A DNA stretch of 64,000 nucleotides from an uncultured Chloroflexia bacterium (GCA_963700595.1 CAVOYE010000016.1:2732-66731); one strand, 5' to 3'; positions 21,900-32,443 are shown, counted from the first letter of the stretch. Translations and numbers: made by a program. The notes: generated by a model not told the origin, from the letters alone.

Positions 21900-22832
21900 T
21901 TATGTACTGCAAGATATCAGGCTATTGGCAACTTCAGTAACAGCCTGGACATCGACTTCGCTGCGCTTTTCAGGAAAGGAGAACGGCGCTATCCACCAGT
22001 TTTCAATAAAACTCGCCTGCGCTCCCGGTTCAAGAATTTCCATAGGACCGATGGGTTCAAGTTCACATACAAAATCCTTGAAATACCACAATGAAATCGT
22101 AATTCCCGCCATCTCGTTATAGACACGGTCAGGATACGTAGGAAACCCTTTGACCAGCATTAAATCGTTGGGCATCAAGTAAGCAAACCAGCCAACATAA
22201 GCGTCAATCCCGAGTTTGGGCCTGGCAGGGGTATCCCACATCACAAGAAAATCGTCATCGACGGTGATATGTGGATCATCCGGTTGGTAATCCATTACCG
22301 GTCCCGGTCCATACATAATGTATTTTTTGGGAAACCGGCTGTACGGCGAAAGCGGTACCACACATATCCCATGCCCTTTGCCAAAAGTGCGGCTCCAATG
22401 ACAGGTGCGTACTTCGTGATCAGAGATATTCTTGATGACCTGTTTGCATGCCAGGTGAGAAGAATCCGGCGCAAGAGCAAAGTGACGCTCCAACTGCAGA
22501 CCCGAGTCAACATCTGCAACGCTGGTCATCCGTGCACTACCGCTGCTGGTTATATCCGCAGTCCAGGCGCCATACCACAGTTGCGGATGCGCTGGAAAAG
22601 TATTTTCAGGTCCAATATCAAAGCGCCCCCCGGAGGGACCCATGCGGGGCTTTTCCCCCGCCTGATATGTCCACCCATCCTGCCGGGGATCAAGGGCAAG
22701 GATATTTTCGCCTTTATAGGCATATTCCAGAACTCTTCCGCCAAAGTGGTGGCCTAAAACCACACGCGTGTCCGCATTCTCCAGATAAACACAATCCGTA
22801 TATCCGGCATAATCGATCAGTCCGCTTGCCAT
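21900..22832 (-). CDS. hypothetical protein (beta-rich; function unassigned)
   Basis: 310-aa ORF. ATG at 22832 is preceded by aggagg. I recognise no catalytic motif. Confidence 0.6.
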   Translation of the reverse strand: MASGLIDYAGYTDCVYLENADTRVVLGHHFGGRVLEYAYKGENILALDPRQDGWTYQAGEKPRMGPSGGRFDIGPENTFPAHPQLWYGAWTADITSSGSARMTSVADVDSGLQLERHFALAPDSSHLACKQVIKNISDHEVRTCHWSRTFGKGHGICVVPLSPYSRFPKKYIMYGPGPVMDYQPDDPHITVDDDFLVMWDTPARPKLGIDAYVGWFAYLMPNDLMLVKGFPTYPDRVYNEMAGITISLWYFKDFVCELEPIGPMEILEPGAQASFIENWWIAPFSFPEKRSEVDVQAVTEVANSLISCST

Positions 22833-22965
22833 ATTGACCTCCTGAGGCTCCTTTGTTTGTGCCCAAGTAAAGGATAGTACAATCCGTAGAAAAACCAAAT
22901 CATGATTTTCATAAGCTTTGAAACACCCGTATAATATCTAAACATTTCATACAGGGAAGCAGTTA

Positions 22966-24427
22966 ATGGCAGACAACTTCGATTTGATTGTCGTGGGCGC
23001 CGGGAGCGGCGGGATAGGCACCGCACTTGCTGCAGCGCGGATGGGCAGCAACGTCCTGCTCATCGAGAAATCAGGTGTGCTGGGCGGCACTGCCGTTCTC
23101 TCCGGAGTCAGTGTCTGGGAGATGGGGGTAGGCGGTACAGGTATCCCCTTTGATATTTACCGGCGGTTGAAACCAATCCCGGATGCGATAGGCATTTATT
23201 CGTTTGGCAGGCACTGCCTTTGGCCTGGCGCAGATGAGCGCTCAACCTTACCCCGGCGGTGAATCGATCATCGACCCGCAGCGCCAATATCCGGACAGCC
23301 TCCGGCGTTACGGCGCCCGTTCTATGCGGGAAGATGAAAGCTTTGTCCGCGCCCAATGGCACGGCGTACCCTTTGAACCGATGATTTACACCCGCGTCGT
23401 TGAAGAAATGCTGTATGAAACCGGGCACTGCGCCGTCCTGAAAAACACCCATGTGCAAAACGTCGAAGGTGAGAACGGCATTGTCACAGCGTTAAGTCTT
23501 GCTGACGGGTCCAGCTTCACGGCGCAAACGGTGGTTGATGCGACGGGGGATGCCGCGATCGCACGCATGAGTGGTGCGGAAACCCTTTTCGGTCAGGAAT
23601 CACGATCAGCTTTCAATGAACCTGATGCGCCACTTGAAAAAACCAACCATCTCAATGGGGCGACGCTCATTTACCGCGTGACACCGCGCCCCACCCCAAG
23701 AATTGATAAGTCTCCCTTTACGCTGCAGAATACGTGCTGGTGGTCTGAGCAGTTCCCGGTTGCCAGCATCACCCACTTCCCGTGCGGTGATCTGCATGTC
23801 AATATGCTGCCCACGATGTCCGGGATTGAAGTTATGGAGATGGGTCCGGATAAAGCCTACCGCGAATGCCAGCGCAGGATCTATGCCCATTGGCGCTATC
23901 TCCAGAATTATGATGAAGCCTTTCGCTATTACCAGATGCAGTGGATAGCGCCTCAACTGGGATTGCGGGAAACCTGGCGGATCCAGAGTGAATATATACT
24001 CACCGAGAACGACCTGCTGGCTGGATTATCAGGACAGAAACACACGGATATCATCACCATCGCCGACCACGCGATGGATACGCATGGTCAAAATACGGGG
24101 CGCGCCGGATGCGGAGAACTTCGCGAACCCTACGGCATTCCTTACCGCTGTTTGATCCCCAAAGGGATGCGGAATCTGTTGGTGGCTTGCCGGGCGTCGG
24201 GTTTCAGCTCACTGGCAGCATCCAGCGCCCGTCTATCGCGCACGATGCTGCAGTTGGGACAGGCTGCCGGCACAGCGGCAGCCCTGGCACAAAAGCGCAG
24301 CATACCAGCGTCTGAAGTGCCACCAGAACAGCTCCGGGAAGCGCTTCGCAGACAGCACGTGCAATTGGAGCATCCGATGCCGGATGCATTATTAACTTAT
24401 CTGACTGAGCAGGAAACAGCGGATTAA
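22966..24427 (+). pseudogene. FAD-dependent oxidoreductase; apparent frame break between about 23215 and 23260
   Basis: N-terminal dinucleotide fold DLIVVGAGSGGIGTALAAA. That ORF stops at 23262. A 407-aa continuation in another frame, overlapping from 23204, carries the rest of the protein. Confidence 0.7.
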
Positions 24428-24542
24428 GAGCAGGCTTGTGCCCACATCTATGAAATGCGCACGCTACCCACTATGGATGATGACATATTAACATAGCTCC
24501 GATGCTGAGAAAGTAACCTAGCGGGTACAAGGGTTCGTTTCG

Positions 24543-24800
24543 TTTTGGTGGAAAATACAAGATATCACCCATAAATAATACGAACGGCAAGGTAGGTGGC
24601 GGTGCGGTACAACTTTGGTTTAGCTGTCCACGTAGCTTCCCGCACCGCCACTTTTAAAAATGGGGTATCCAGTTTGGCTGCGCCAAACTGGATACCCCAA
24701 AGAAAAAAGCGGCGCGAAAGTCTTCATGGGAAAAGCTGGGTGATTATTTTGCGCCGTATCTGGCATCGCCCCCAGGATTGAGACCCCATCTTGGGGTTTT
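24543..24800 (+). repeat. structured non-coding repeat, copy X (candidate small RNA or cis-regulatory element)
   Basis: 5' module gttttggtggaaaa..atcacccataaa..gtggcggtgcgg. Hairpin 1: 24596-24607 pairs with 24640-24651, 32-nt loop. Hairpin 2: 24661-24677 pairs with 24683-24699, loop ctgcg. A third aaaaaagcggcgcg segment follows. A small terminator-like hairpin plus tttt lies at 24783-24800. Homologous to copy Y. Confidence 0.6.
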
Positions 24801-24959
24801 GCCTGAATCGCACCCGGGGACGTGGCACATTTTATTATCACGGCACTCTGATATAATATTGACATCGAGATGGTTCACCATCGAAACGCTGTGATTCCCG
24901 GACAAAATATACTTGTCTGATCATAACTGGTCCATTTATGATCATTATTATGTCTACAG

Positions 24960-27200
24960 GTGGCAAACGTGACCCAAAGTCCAACAACTGAAGCTTCCTT
25001 AACGGCAGTCCAACCCGGTCAGACAAATGCAAGCCTGCCTTCTCCATCACAAAAAGAGAACGTCTTCAACGATCAGGTTAACCAATGGTTGGCTTTTATC
25101 GCCGAACTATGCCTCCGCCCGGTCCAAATCATCAGAAACTACAAAATATCGAGCGTCAAACCGGATCTGATTGCCGGCTTGACCGTCGCTGTTATCGCGC
25201 TGCCTCAAGCTATGGCGTATGCCTTGATCGCGGAGCTGCCACCCCAGACAGGACTCTATGCCACCATCGTCGGCGCCATTATTGGCGCGTTGTGGGGTTC
25301 ATCCAGTCATCTTCAAACCGGCGCGACAAATACAGCAAGCCTCCTGGTGCTTTCAGCCCTCCTGGCTGTCGTAACGCCGGGTTCTTCTGAATATCTGGTA
25401 GCTGCCGGATTGATGGCAGTACTCATTGGGGTCTTTAAAATTATCATGTCGTTTGCCCGTTTGGGCGTGATGGTCAATTTCGTGTCCGATGCCGTCGTCA
25501 CCGGCTTTACCGCAGGCGCTGGCATACTGATCGCGATTAACCAGCTCCGCCATCTTCTCCGTTTGCCTATTGCCTCCTCACCCACGCTCTGGGGAACGAT
25601 CCCGGCAGTCATATCCCATATCACAGAGCTGCACGCTATCAGCCTATTTCTCGGTTTGGCGACAATTGCCCTGATTTTCATTTTCCGTCAATGGTCCCGA
25701 AAATTGCCGGGACCTCTCCTGGCAATGGTTTTAGCTGCCGCTTGCGTTGTTCTCCTGGGCCTTGACAGTCAAGGCGTCAATGTTGTTGGAGAGCTACCGC
25801 GGGGACTCCCCCCATTTGTCGCTTTACCGGTTTTTGATTTTCCGCTGGTCAGCAAATTAATCGCCGGCTCACTCGCGGTCGCGGCGATTGGTTTAATTGA
25901 ACCGATCTCCATTGCCCGGAGCATCTCCGCACGCTCAGGAGAGCATCTTGACAGCAACCAGGAATTCTTTGGTCAAGGGTTAGCCAGCATTGTCAGCGGG
26001 TTCTTTTCCGGGTATGCCGTCTCGGGCTCATTCACGCGGTCAGCGATAAATTATGAAGCAGGCGCAAAAACAGCATTTGCCAGCATCTTCTGCAGTATTT
26101 TTCTGCTTTTGGCGATGATTGTTTTTGCCCCGTTTGCTGCGTATATCCCGCAAGCAGCATTGGCTGGCGTACTCATGGTTACAGCCTACAGCCTGGTGGA
26201 TGTTCAAGGGATGCGTCATATCTGGCGCAGCAGTATCAATGACCGGATCATCATGGTCATCTCATTCCTGGCAACTTTGATTCTACCGCTGGAATATGCG
26301 GTTCTGACCGGCATTGCCTACTCGATCATGGCCTACTTGCAGAAAACAAGCACCCCGCGCGTCCGCGTTGTGCTGCCCAGCGATGATTTTCGATATTTTA
26401 CACCGCGTCCCACCATGCCCTCCTGCATGCAGTTGGGTGTTGTGGAAATCCTGGGTGATTTATATTTTGGTGCTGTCAGCCACATTGAACAACGTATTCA
26501 GGAGAATCTTCGTGAAAACCCCAGCCAAAGGTTTCTGCTGCTGCGGATGTATCCAGTTGAGAACTGCGATATCAGCGGGATCCACACGCTCGAAAATATT
26601 GTCAACCTCTATCGCGAACGCGGTGGTGATGTATTTTTCGTTCATGTACAAAAGCAGATTCGCGAACTGATGCAAAGCTCCGGCTTTTACACTAACGTTG
26701 GCGCTGATCACTTCCTGGATCCTGATGAAGCAGTCAACTTTCTCTTCCACAAGGTTCTCAATCCTGCAATCTGTATCTATGAATGCCCGGAGCGTGTTTT
26801 TATATACTGCCAGAATTTGCCAAAACGTCTGGATTTAGCATGTCCGGAAGAAATGTTATTTACCGACCCAACTGATGTAAAAACTTTAAGCCCCGTCGAT
26901 TTATGGCAGGAGATGCACACCATACACCCCCCGCATATTATTGACATCCGGGAACCCCGAGAATATAAACAAGCCCATATCCCCAATGCTGAACGGGTTG
27001 ATTACACGAGTATTCTTGAGGGTCTTATTTCACTACCGCGCGACCGCCGCATTGTCCTGGTGTGTCAAGGCGGCAGACGCAGCACCTGGGCAGCCCGGAA
27101 ATTGATAGAGCAGGGGTATCATGATGTCCGTGTCCTGGATGGCGGTATGCTCGCCTGGGAAAGTGCGAAACTCCTCCAGGCTGTCGAATTAACACAATGA
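24960..27200 (+). CDS. SulP-family anion transporter with C-terminal STAS and rhodanese domains
   Basis: SulP membrane core (PQAMAYALIAELPP), a STAS domain (VVEILGDLYFGAV) and a terminal rhodanese domain with the active-site loop CQGGRRS. GTG start assumed. Confidence 0.85.
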   Translation: MANVTQSPTTEASLTAVQPGQTNASLPSPSQKENVFNDQVNQWLAFIAELCLRPVQIIRNYKISSVKPDLIAGLTVAVIALPQAMAYALIAELPPQTGLYATIVGAIIGALWGSSSHLQTGATNTASLLVLSALLAVVTPGSSEYLVAAGLMAVLIGVFKIIMSFARLGVMVNFVSDAVVTGFTAGAGILIAINQLRHLLRLPIASSPTLWGTIPAVISHITELHAISLFLGLATIALIFIFRQWSRKLPGPLLAMVLAAACVVLLGLDSQGVNVVGELPRGLPPFVALPVFDFPLVSKLIAGSLAVAAIGLIEPISIARSISARSGEHLDSNQEFFGQGLASIVSGFFSGYAVSGSFTRSAINYEAGAKTAFASIFCSIFLLLAMIVFAPFAAYIPQAALAGVLMVTAYSLVDVQGMRHIWRSSINDRIIMVISFLATLILPLEYAVLTGIAYSIMAYLQKTSTPRVRVVLPSDDFRYFTPRPTMPSCMQLGVVEILGDLYFGAVSHIEQRIQENLRENPSQRFLLLRMYPVENCDISGIHTLENIVNLYRERGGDVFFVHVQKQIRELMQSSGFYTNVGADHFLDPDEAVNFLFHKVLNPAICIYECPERVFIYCQNLPKRLDLACPEEMLFTDPTDVKTLSPVDLWQEMHTIHPPHIIDIREPREYKQAHIPNAERVDYTSILEGLISLPRDRRIVLVCQGGRRSTWAARKLIEQGYHDVRVLDGGMLAWESAKLLQAVELTQ

Positions 27201-27241
27201 AATAGTTCAGTTTTTGACTGCAGTGGTTTGGGAGAGGAAAT

Positions 27242-28213
27242 ATGTCAGAATTACCGTATAACAACCTGGGTTTGGACCTGGTTCGGGCAACAGAATCCGC
27301 CGCGCTATCCGCAGGGCGATGGATGGGCAAAGGGCAGCCCGAAGAAGCAGACAAGATAGCTTCCCATGCGATGGAAGATGCCCTGAATAACATCAATATC
27401 AACGGGCGGATCGTTTTCAGCGAACAGGATAAGCTGCGTGAAAGTGACCGGTTACACCCCGGACAGCTTACCGGAACCGGGCGCGGTCCGGAGATGGATC
27501 TCGTGGTCGACCCCATTGATGGGCGCATGCTGCTGGCAAGCGGACATCCGGATGCCATTTCCGTCGCTGCAGCAGCGCCGCGCAACGCCTTCTGGTCTGT
27601 ACCCCCAGCCGTTTATATGGAGAAAATCGTCGTAGGACCGGAAGTCAGGGATGCCCTGGTCCCGGAATGCCTGTCGGCGCCGGCGGCATGGACCCTGGCC
27701 CTCGTCGCCCGGGCGACAGGAAAGGCTGTCAGTGATCTCATCGTTTTTTTGCTCAACCGGCAGCGGCATATGGATCTCATACGAGAAATCCGCGCGACCG
27801 GCGCGCGGGTGATGCAGCGTTCTGACGGTGATGTTGTCGGGGCGTTGAAAACAGTCTTACCTTCGGGCGGCGTCGACCTGCTGATGGGTGTCGGCAACTT
27901 CCCGGAGGGGCTGATGGTTGCGTGTGCTGTTAAAGCCGCCAATGGCGGCATGTTGGGCAGGCTGTCACCGCAAAGCCAGGGAGAACGCGAAGCCATCGAA
28001 GCTGCAGGATTCAACACACGCGACATCCTGACCGCAAACGACCTGGTCAACAGCGATAAAGTCTTTTTCTCGGTTACCGGCGTTACTGATGGGTCGCTCC
28101 TCGCAGGTATCCATTACCGGGGAGATCGCGCAAGTTCGAATTCACTGATTATGCGGGGCGAGACCCACACACGGCGCACCATTCACGCGGAGCATCTCCT
28201 GGGCATGGAATGA
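27242..28213 (+). CDS. glpX: class II fructose-1,6-bisphosphatase
   Basis: GlpX-type sequence throughout (LVRATESAALSAGRWMGKG, VVDPIDG). Confidence 0.85.
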   Translation: MSELPYNNLGLDLVRATESAALSAGRWMGKGQPEEADKIASHAMEDALNNININGRIVFSEQDKLRESDRLHPGQLTGTGRGPEMDLVVDPIDGRMLLASGHPDAISVAAAAPRNAFWSVPPAVYMEKIVVGPEVRDALVPECLSAPAAWTLALVARATGKAVSDLIVFLLNRQRHMDLIREIRATGARVMQRSDGDVVGALKTVLPSGGVDLLMGVGNFPEGLMVACAVKAANGGMLGRLSPQSQGEREAIEAAGFNTRDILTANDLVNSDKVFFSVTGVTDGSLLAGIHYRGDRASSNSLIMRGETHTRRTIHAEHLLGME

Positions 28214-28217
28214 GTTT

Positions 28218-28650
28218 CTACATCTGATCGCGGATATCGCTCATCCTGCGCAGAATGGCAGTGATATGGGCATTTTCCATCATGCTTGCTAAATGCCCTT
28301 CGACGAAGCGGTCGTTGCGGAGATGGGTGGTGAGTAATCGCCGCAGCGTTAGTAAATCTGCCTGTTGCAGTGCTTCCGGATCAGCTATGTAGCGCTGCGC
28401 TTCTTCCTGCCACTCCCCCCAGTTAAACACATAGACCATGTCCTGATTCGATAAAGTTCCTGAATAAATGCGATAACTTGATCGTTGTAGGCATAAAAGG
28501 GGAACTGCCCCTCCGGCATATGCCATTCGCCAAAGACGTAACCGGGTTGGGAAAAGATGGGCAGATAACGCAGGACGGCATCGAGCTGTTCCGGTCCGAT
28601 TTCTGGTGGTTCCTCTGTATCAGGCAAATGACGCCTCTTTCCTGCATGAA
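28218..28650 (-). pseudogene. small conserved hypothetical protein; apparent frame break near 28449-28451; start uncertain
   Basis: Two overlapping ORFs join by a 1-nt shift into one plausible protein: ..LRYLPIFSQPGYVFGEWHMPEGQFPFYAYNDQVIAFIQELY followed by NQDMVYVFNWGEWQEEAQRYIADPE..DRFVEGHL.. Confidence 0.45.
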
Positions 28651-29119
28651 ATGGAATTATGGGTAAGTATAGGTCATGGTAGTGTAGACGCAACCGGGAT
28701 GCGCCGCAGGGGTGCCTGTCACATTTTTGCATACAGCTGAACACAGGATCTACGTTCGTTTACAAATCATTCTGTAGTCTAGGGCTCCCCTGTACTCAGG
28801 GGCTGTGCCCGTTCTGCTTGTAATGCCATCTGATTATGTCTATTATCTATCGCGGAACGCCCACGAGGGGCTATGCTACAAGCGTCATTTGTGCAGGCTG
28901 TTTGCATCCGTCGCACCTTTACGGAATAGCGGTGGACACCCGCACCGCTTCAGGGACTCAACCCTTTTATTTAGAACGGATGCTATTACACCGTAATATG
29001 GCAGTTTTTCCCGCAATGGGGTACAATACGGACCAAAACCGGAAAGAGCGTGATTCACAGTCGCCCATACAGATTTGAGGCAGGCTGAGCCAGCAAAAAC
29101 GCTCCAAGGAGATTGACGG

Positions 29120-30422
29120 ATGCGTAATCAACCCGTTCCACGGGCATTTCATATTATGACCAAACCCCGCGGGCCCATATGCAACCTGCGGTGCGACTAC
29201 TGCTATTACCTGCCCAAAGCCAAGCTATATCCGGAAAGCAGTTTCGTGATGACGGATGAAGTGCTGGAAAGTTTTACCCGGCAGTATATCGAAGCGCAGC
29301 ACGTTCCCGAGGTCACCTTTGGCTGGCAAGGGGGAGAACCCCTCCTGATGGGCCTTGAATTCTACGAGCGCGCCATCGCCATGCAGGAAAAATACACCCC
29401 GCCAGGGGTAAAGGTCATCAATACGCTGCAGACAAACGGAACGCTGATCGATGACGACTGGGCAGCTTTCTTCCACGACCACAACTTCCTCATCGGTTTG
29501 AGCCTGGACGGACCCCAGGCTATGCACGATGCTTTCCGCGTCGATGCCGGCGGGCAACCCACCTGGGAAAAAGTGATGCGCGGGCACGACCTGCTGCAGA
29601 AGCACGGCGCGGAGTTTAATATTCTCTGTACCGTGCACAGCGCCAATGCCCCCCACCCGGTTGAGGTTTACCGCTTCTTCAGAGACGACGTGCAGGCGGA
29701 ATTTATGCAGTTTATCCCCATTGTCCGCCGGGATAACGATACCGGGCACCAGCAGGGGGGCGACCTGACCCACCATTCCGTCACCGGAAAACAGTACGGC
29801 GATTTCCTGATCGGGGTGTTCGACGAATGGGTCCGGCACGATGTCGGCAAGGTCTTTGTCCAGATTTTTGATGTGGCGCTGGCAGCCTGGGTGGGACAGC
29901 GTCCCGGGTCTCTGCGTTTTTGAGCCGACATGCGGTCTGGGATTAGCCATGGAGCACAACGGCGACCTTTACGCTTGCGACCACTACGTGGAACCCCAAT
30001 ATCTGCTGGGGAATATTATGGAAACACCGCTTATCGACTTGGTCGCATCGGAAGAACAGCGCACATTCGGTCAGAACAAGCTGACCCAGCTTCCGCAGCA
30101 GTGCATTGACTGCGAGGTGCGCTTTATCTGCAACGGCGGGTGCCCCAAGAACCGCATCCTGGTCACCGGCGATGGCGAACCCGCGCTCAATCACCTGTGC
30201 ACGGGCTACAAATCGTTCTTTATGCATGTGGACCGCCCGATGCGGATGATGGTCAACGAGCTGCGGCAGCGCCGCGCACCGGCGAATGTGATGCAGATCA
30301 TCAACGGAGAAGACGAAGCGCTGGAAAAAGCCTTCGCCTCCGCGGGGCGCAACGACCCGTGCCCGTGCGGCAGCGGGAAGAAGTTCAAGCTGTGCCACGG
30401 CAGAACCCCACGGGGAGTTTGA
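29120..30422 (+). pseudogene. anaerobic sulfatase-maturating enzyme (radical SAM/SPASM) with C-terminal SEC-C motif; apparent frame break near 29906-29911
   Basis: Radical SAM motif CNLRCDYC. Downstream Cys clusters (CGLGLAMEHNGDLYACDH, CIDCEVRFICNGGCPKNR) lie in the second frame. The tail is CPCGSGKKFKLCHG. RBS aaggag upstream. Confidence 0.8.
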
Positions 30423-30434
30423 CGGTTGAGATCG

Positions 30435-30492
30435 CCCGACTATTGTTTCCGGAGGACTATTGTTTTTTTGAAAGAGAGAAACAATAGTCGGG
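30435..30492. terminator. long hairpin 3' of the anSME gene with an internal duplicated arm
   Basis: cccgactattgttt (30435-30448) pairs with aaacaatagtcggg (30479-30492). The loop holds a second gactattgttt (30455-30465) followed by ttttttt. Confidence 0.5.
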
Positions 30493-31118
30493 GCTCTATC
30501 CCAGCACCGCACCTTCATTTACGATCACTTTAATTTTCCTGTTACAGAATAGGATTCTACCGCATGGCATGCCGGAGTCTTCTAGTGAATGCCATATGCA
30601 CGACACCGTAAAGTGCTACCTGCCAATGCAGGAATGCCAAAAGATTCCACCAATGATAACGTATATTGGGCTGCCTACACCTTCATGGTAGAACATGTTT
30701 TCTCATTTTCAAGGGGCGAGGTAGGGTGGTGTAACATAAATTCTGTGATTTTACGAAAGAGATAAAGTGGAGTTGAAATAGGTACCGACTTATTAATGTG
30801 TCGATATTGATCACGGGTAAAATTACAACGTTTTAATGTTAAGTACTAAAAGCTATCTGCCCACCAGGATTCGAGCCTGTAACCGATCGGACCTGGGTTC
30901 CAGTCCCCGGCGGCTACAAAAATGACTAATAAGAATGTTAGCATTTGTTCCTCGGTTCTGAAATTTCGGTTTAACTAATCGCATTGTGCGATCTGGCCTA
31001 TGTCATCAATGAAGTCTTAAGGCAAAATTTCGGCCAATTTGATTTCAAATGCTATCTAGTTAGCTCATCTACTGCAGCAGATTACAATGTAGTCAGCGAA
31101 GAGTGTGAAAGGGTTGCG

Positions 31119-31874
31119 CTATATCCTTTTATGTATGAAGCTGCCCACATTGTCCCAATATGCGTTATTCCAAGCGAAACTTGGTTGATATGTTACGACA
31201 AACAACGTTTTGCCTTTCTGAGTAAAGTATATGAGTTTCCCTTTGTATATCTCATATCTGTGGTTTGAGTTGAATTTAATTCCCACAATTTGTTCCCAAA
31301 TCTGCATATACTCAGCAGACCATCCGTAAAACAGTACAAGCTTTGGATAATGGGTTGATATCCGTGCCTTCAGAGACTCAATGCGTGTTCGTTTGAGTGT
31401 TCTCTTATATATTTCACGGCTATGCAATATGTTTAGGTCTGTCCACTTATTGTAGTGCCACGCATTTGCCGAGGGTGATGGAAGCGGGAATATATCAATC
31501 AAACAATTACTAGAGTCCTGACGTCCCCAACTTTTTGACTGGTGTGCCTTCAAGTCTTTAGCCGTATAGACTTTGTATGGGTTTTTACTATTGAGATATA
31601 CACGAATCAACTTTGCCCAAGTCCTCTGAAGTCTAATGTTCCCTTCAAAAAACCTTTCGTATTCGTAACCAGGAATACCTTGATGATATTCATAGTTGTC
31701 GACTAATTCTTTTACGCCAAGCGCCTTCCAACTCCTCAGTCGTTTCGACACCTCGTCAATTTCGTTGCCCCCACCTTCCTCCATAGCAACGAACCAGAAA
31801 TCTGATTCGTATTGGCCAAAGCCCCAGAAGTTCTGAAGGCGATTTCGAAGTATTTCTTTGTCAAGTAGTTGCAT
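31119..31874 (-). CDS. hypothetical protein in AT-richer region
   Basis: 251-aa ORF with lower GC than its surroundings. The segments FVAMEEGGG and FPLPSPSANAW are faintly reminiscent of UDG-superfamily motifs, but this is unverified. Confidence 0.5.
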   Translation of the reverse strand: MQLLDKEILRNRLQNFWGFGQYESDFWFVAMEEGGGNEIDEVSKRLRSWKALGVKELVDNYEYHQGIPGYEYERFFEGNIRLQRTWAKLIRVYLNSKNPYKVYTAKDLKAHQSKSWGRQDSSNCLIDIFPLPSPSANAWHYNKWTDLNILHSREIYKRTLKRTRIESLKARISTHYPKLVLFYGWSAEYMQIWEQIVGIKFNSNHRYEIYKGKLIYFTQKGKTLFVVTYQPSFAWNNAYWDNVGSFIHKRI

Positions 31875-32318
31875 AGTTTCTCCTTGCTGCCAGCCAGATT
31901 AGAATAAGCAATCATACTTGTATTCCATTAATACCACAATTCTCCCCGTCAACGGTAATTTAAAATTAATGAGGTACGATCTGTTTCTATGTCAGGAGCT
32001 CGTAACCAAATGGTTTGGGGGCCAAATCCTATTCGGCGACAAAACAGGGGTAAATAATGGGTAGAAGTGTGACAAATTGAGGTGAACGCGGCATAAAAAG
32101 CGTTGAAATATACACGTAAGAAGGCCCTACAGGATGCGGTGGTTGGCACAGTGTGCCTCCCATGCCTGAAATCGACCGGTTATCAGTCTCATTCCAGACT
32201 ATACACACCGACTATTTATGTAAGTCGGTTCGAAATAGAGAAAAATGTGATATTACCTGGATGACAGGTAGTTGCGCTGCAGGGACGGGAGTGAAAGCCT
32301 CCGCTGCTCATGCTCGGT

Positions 32319-32443
32319 CGGCGGCGCGTTCGGCGAACGCGCCCTACCGACGTTAACCTGCGCGGAGATAGCGACTAAGCGGTATGGAAAGCCGGTCACG
32401 ACTACAAACAGGATACTTCTAGAGAAACGGACTAGAGTTGGCA
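32319..32443. repeat. hairpin-containing non-coding repeat, copy A
   Basis: 125 nt, about 90 percent identical to copy B. Starts with the 9-bp-stem hairpin ggcgcgttc-ggc-gaacgcgcc (32323-32343). Confidence 0.85.

Noticed and set aside
29225-29959. Long antisense or alternative-frame ORFs. Examples: 244 aa opposite the anSME gene; 61244-62401 (385 aa) in another frame of the MFS gene; 44375-44950 opposite the flavin reductase; 50744-51406 opposite the GNAT gene.
   Set aside because: Their translations are Arg/Cys/Pro-rich or otherwise non-protein-like, and they fully overlap genes with clear family motifs. They are shadow ORFs of the kind typical of GC-balanced coding regions.
30850-30915. 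tRNA-like sequence: two T-arm-like motifs in opposite orientation (caggattcgagcctg read on the minus strand; ctgggttccagtccccg on the plus strand). This could mark a tRNA gene or an att site.
   Set aside because: I could not assemble a complete cloverleaf on either strand. There is no matching 5' acceptor strand and no convincing anticodon arm, and both T-stems have mismatches. At most these are degenerate tRNA fragments, so it is not annotated as a tRNA.
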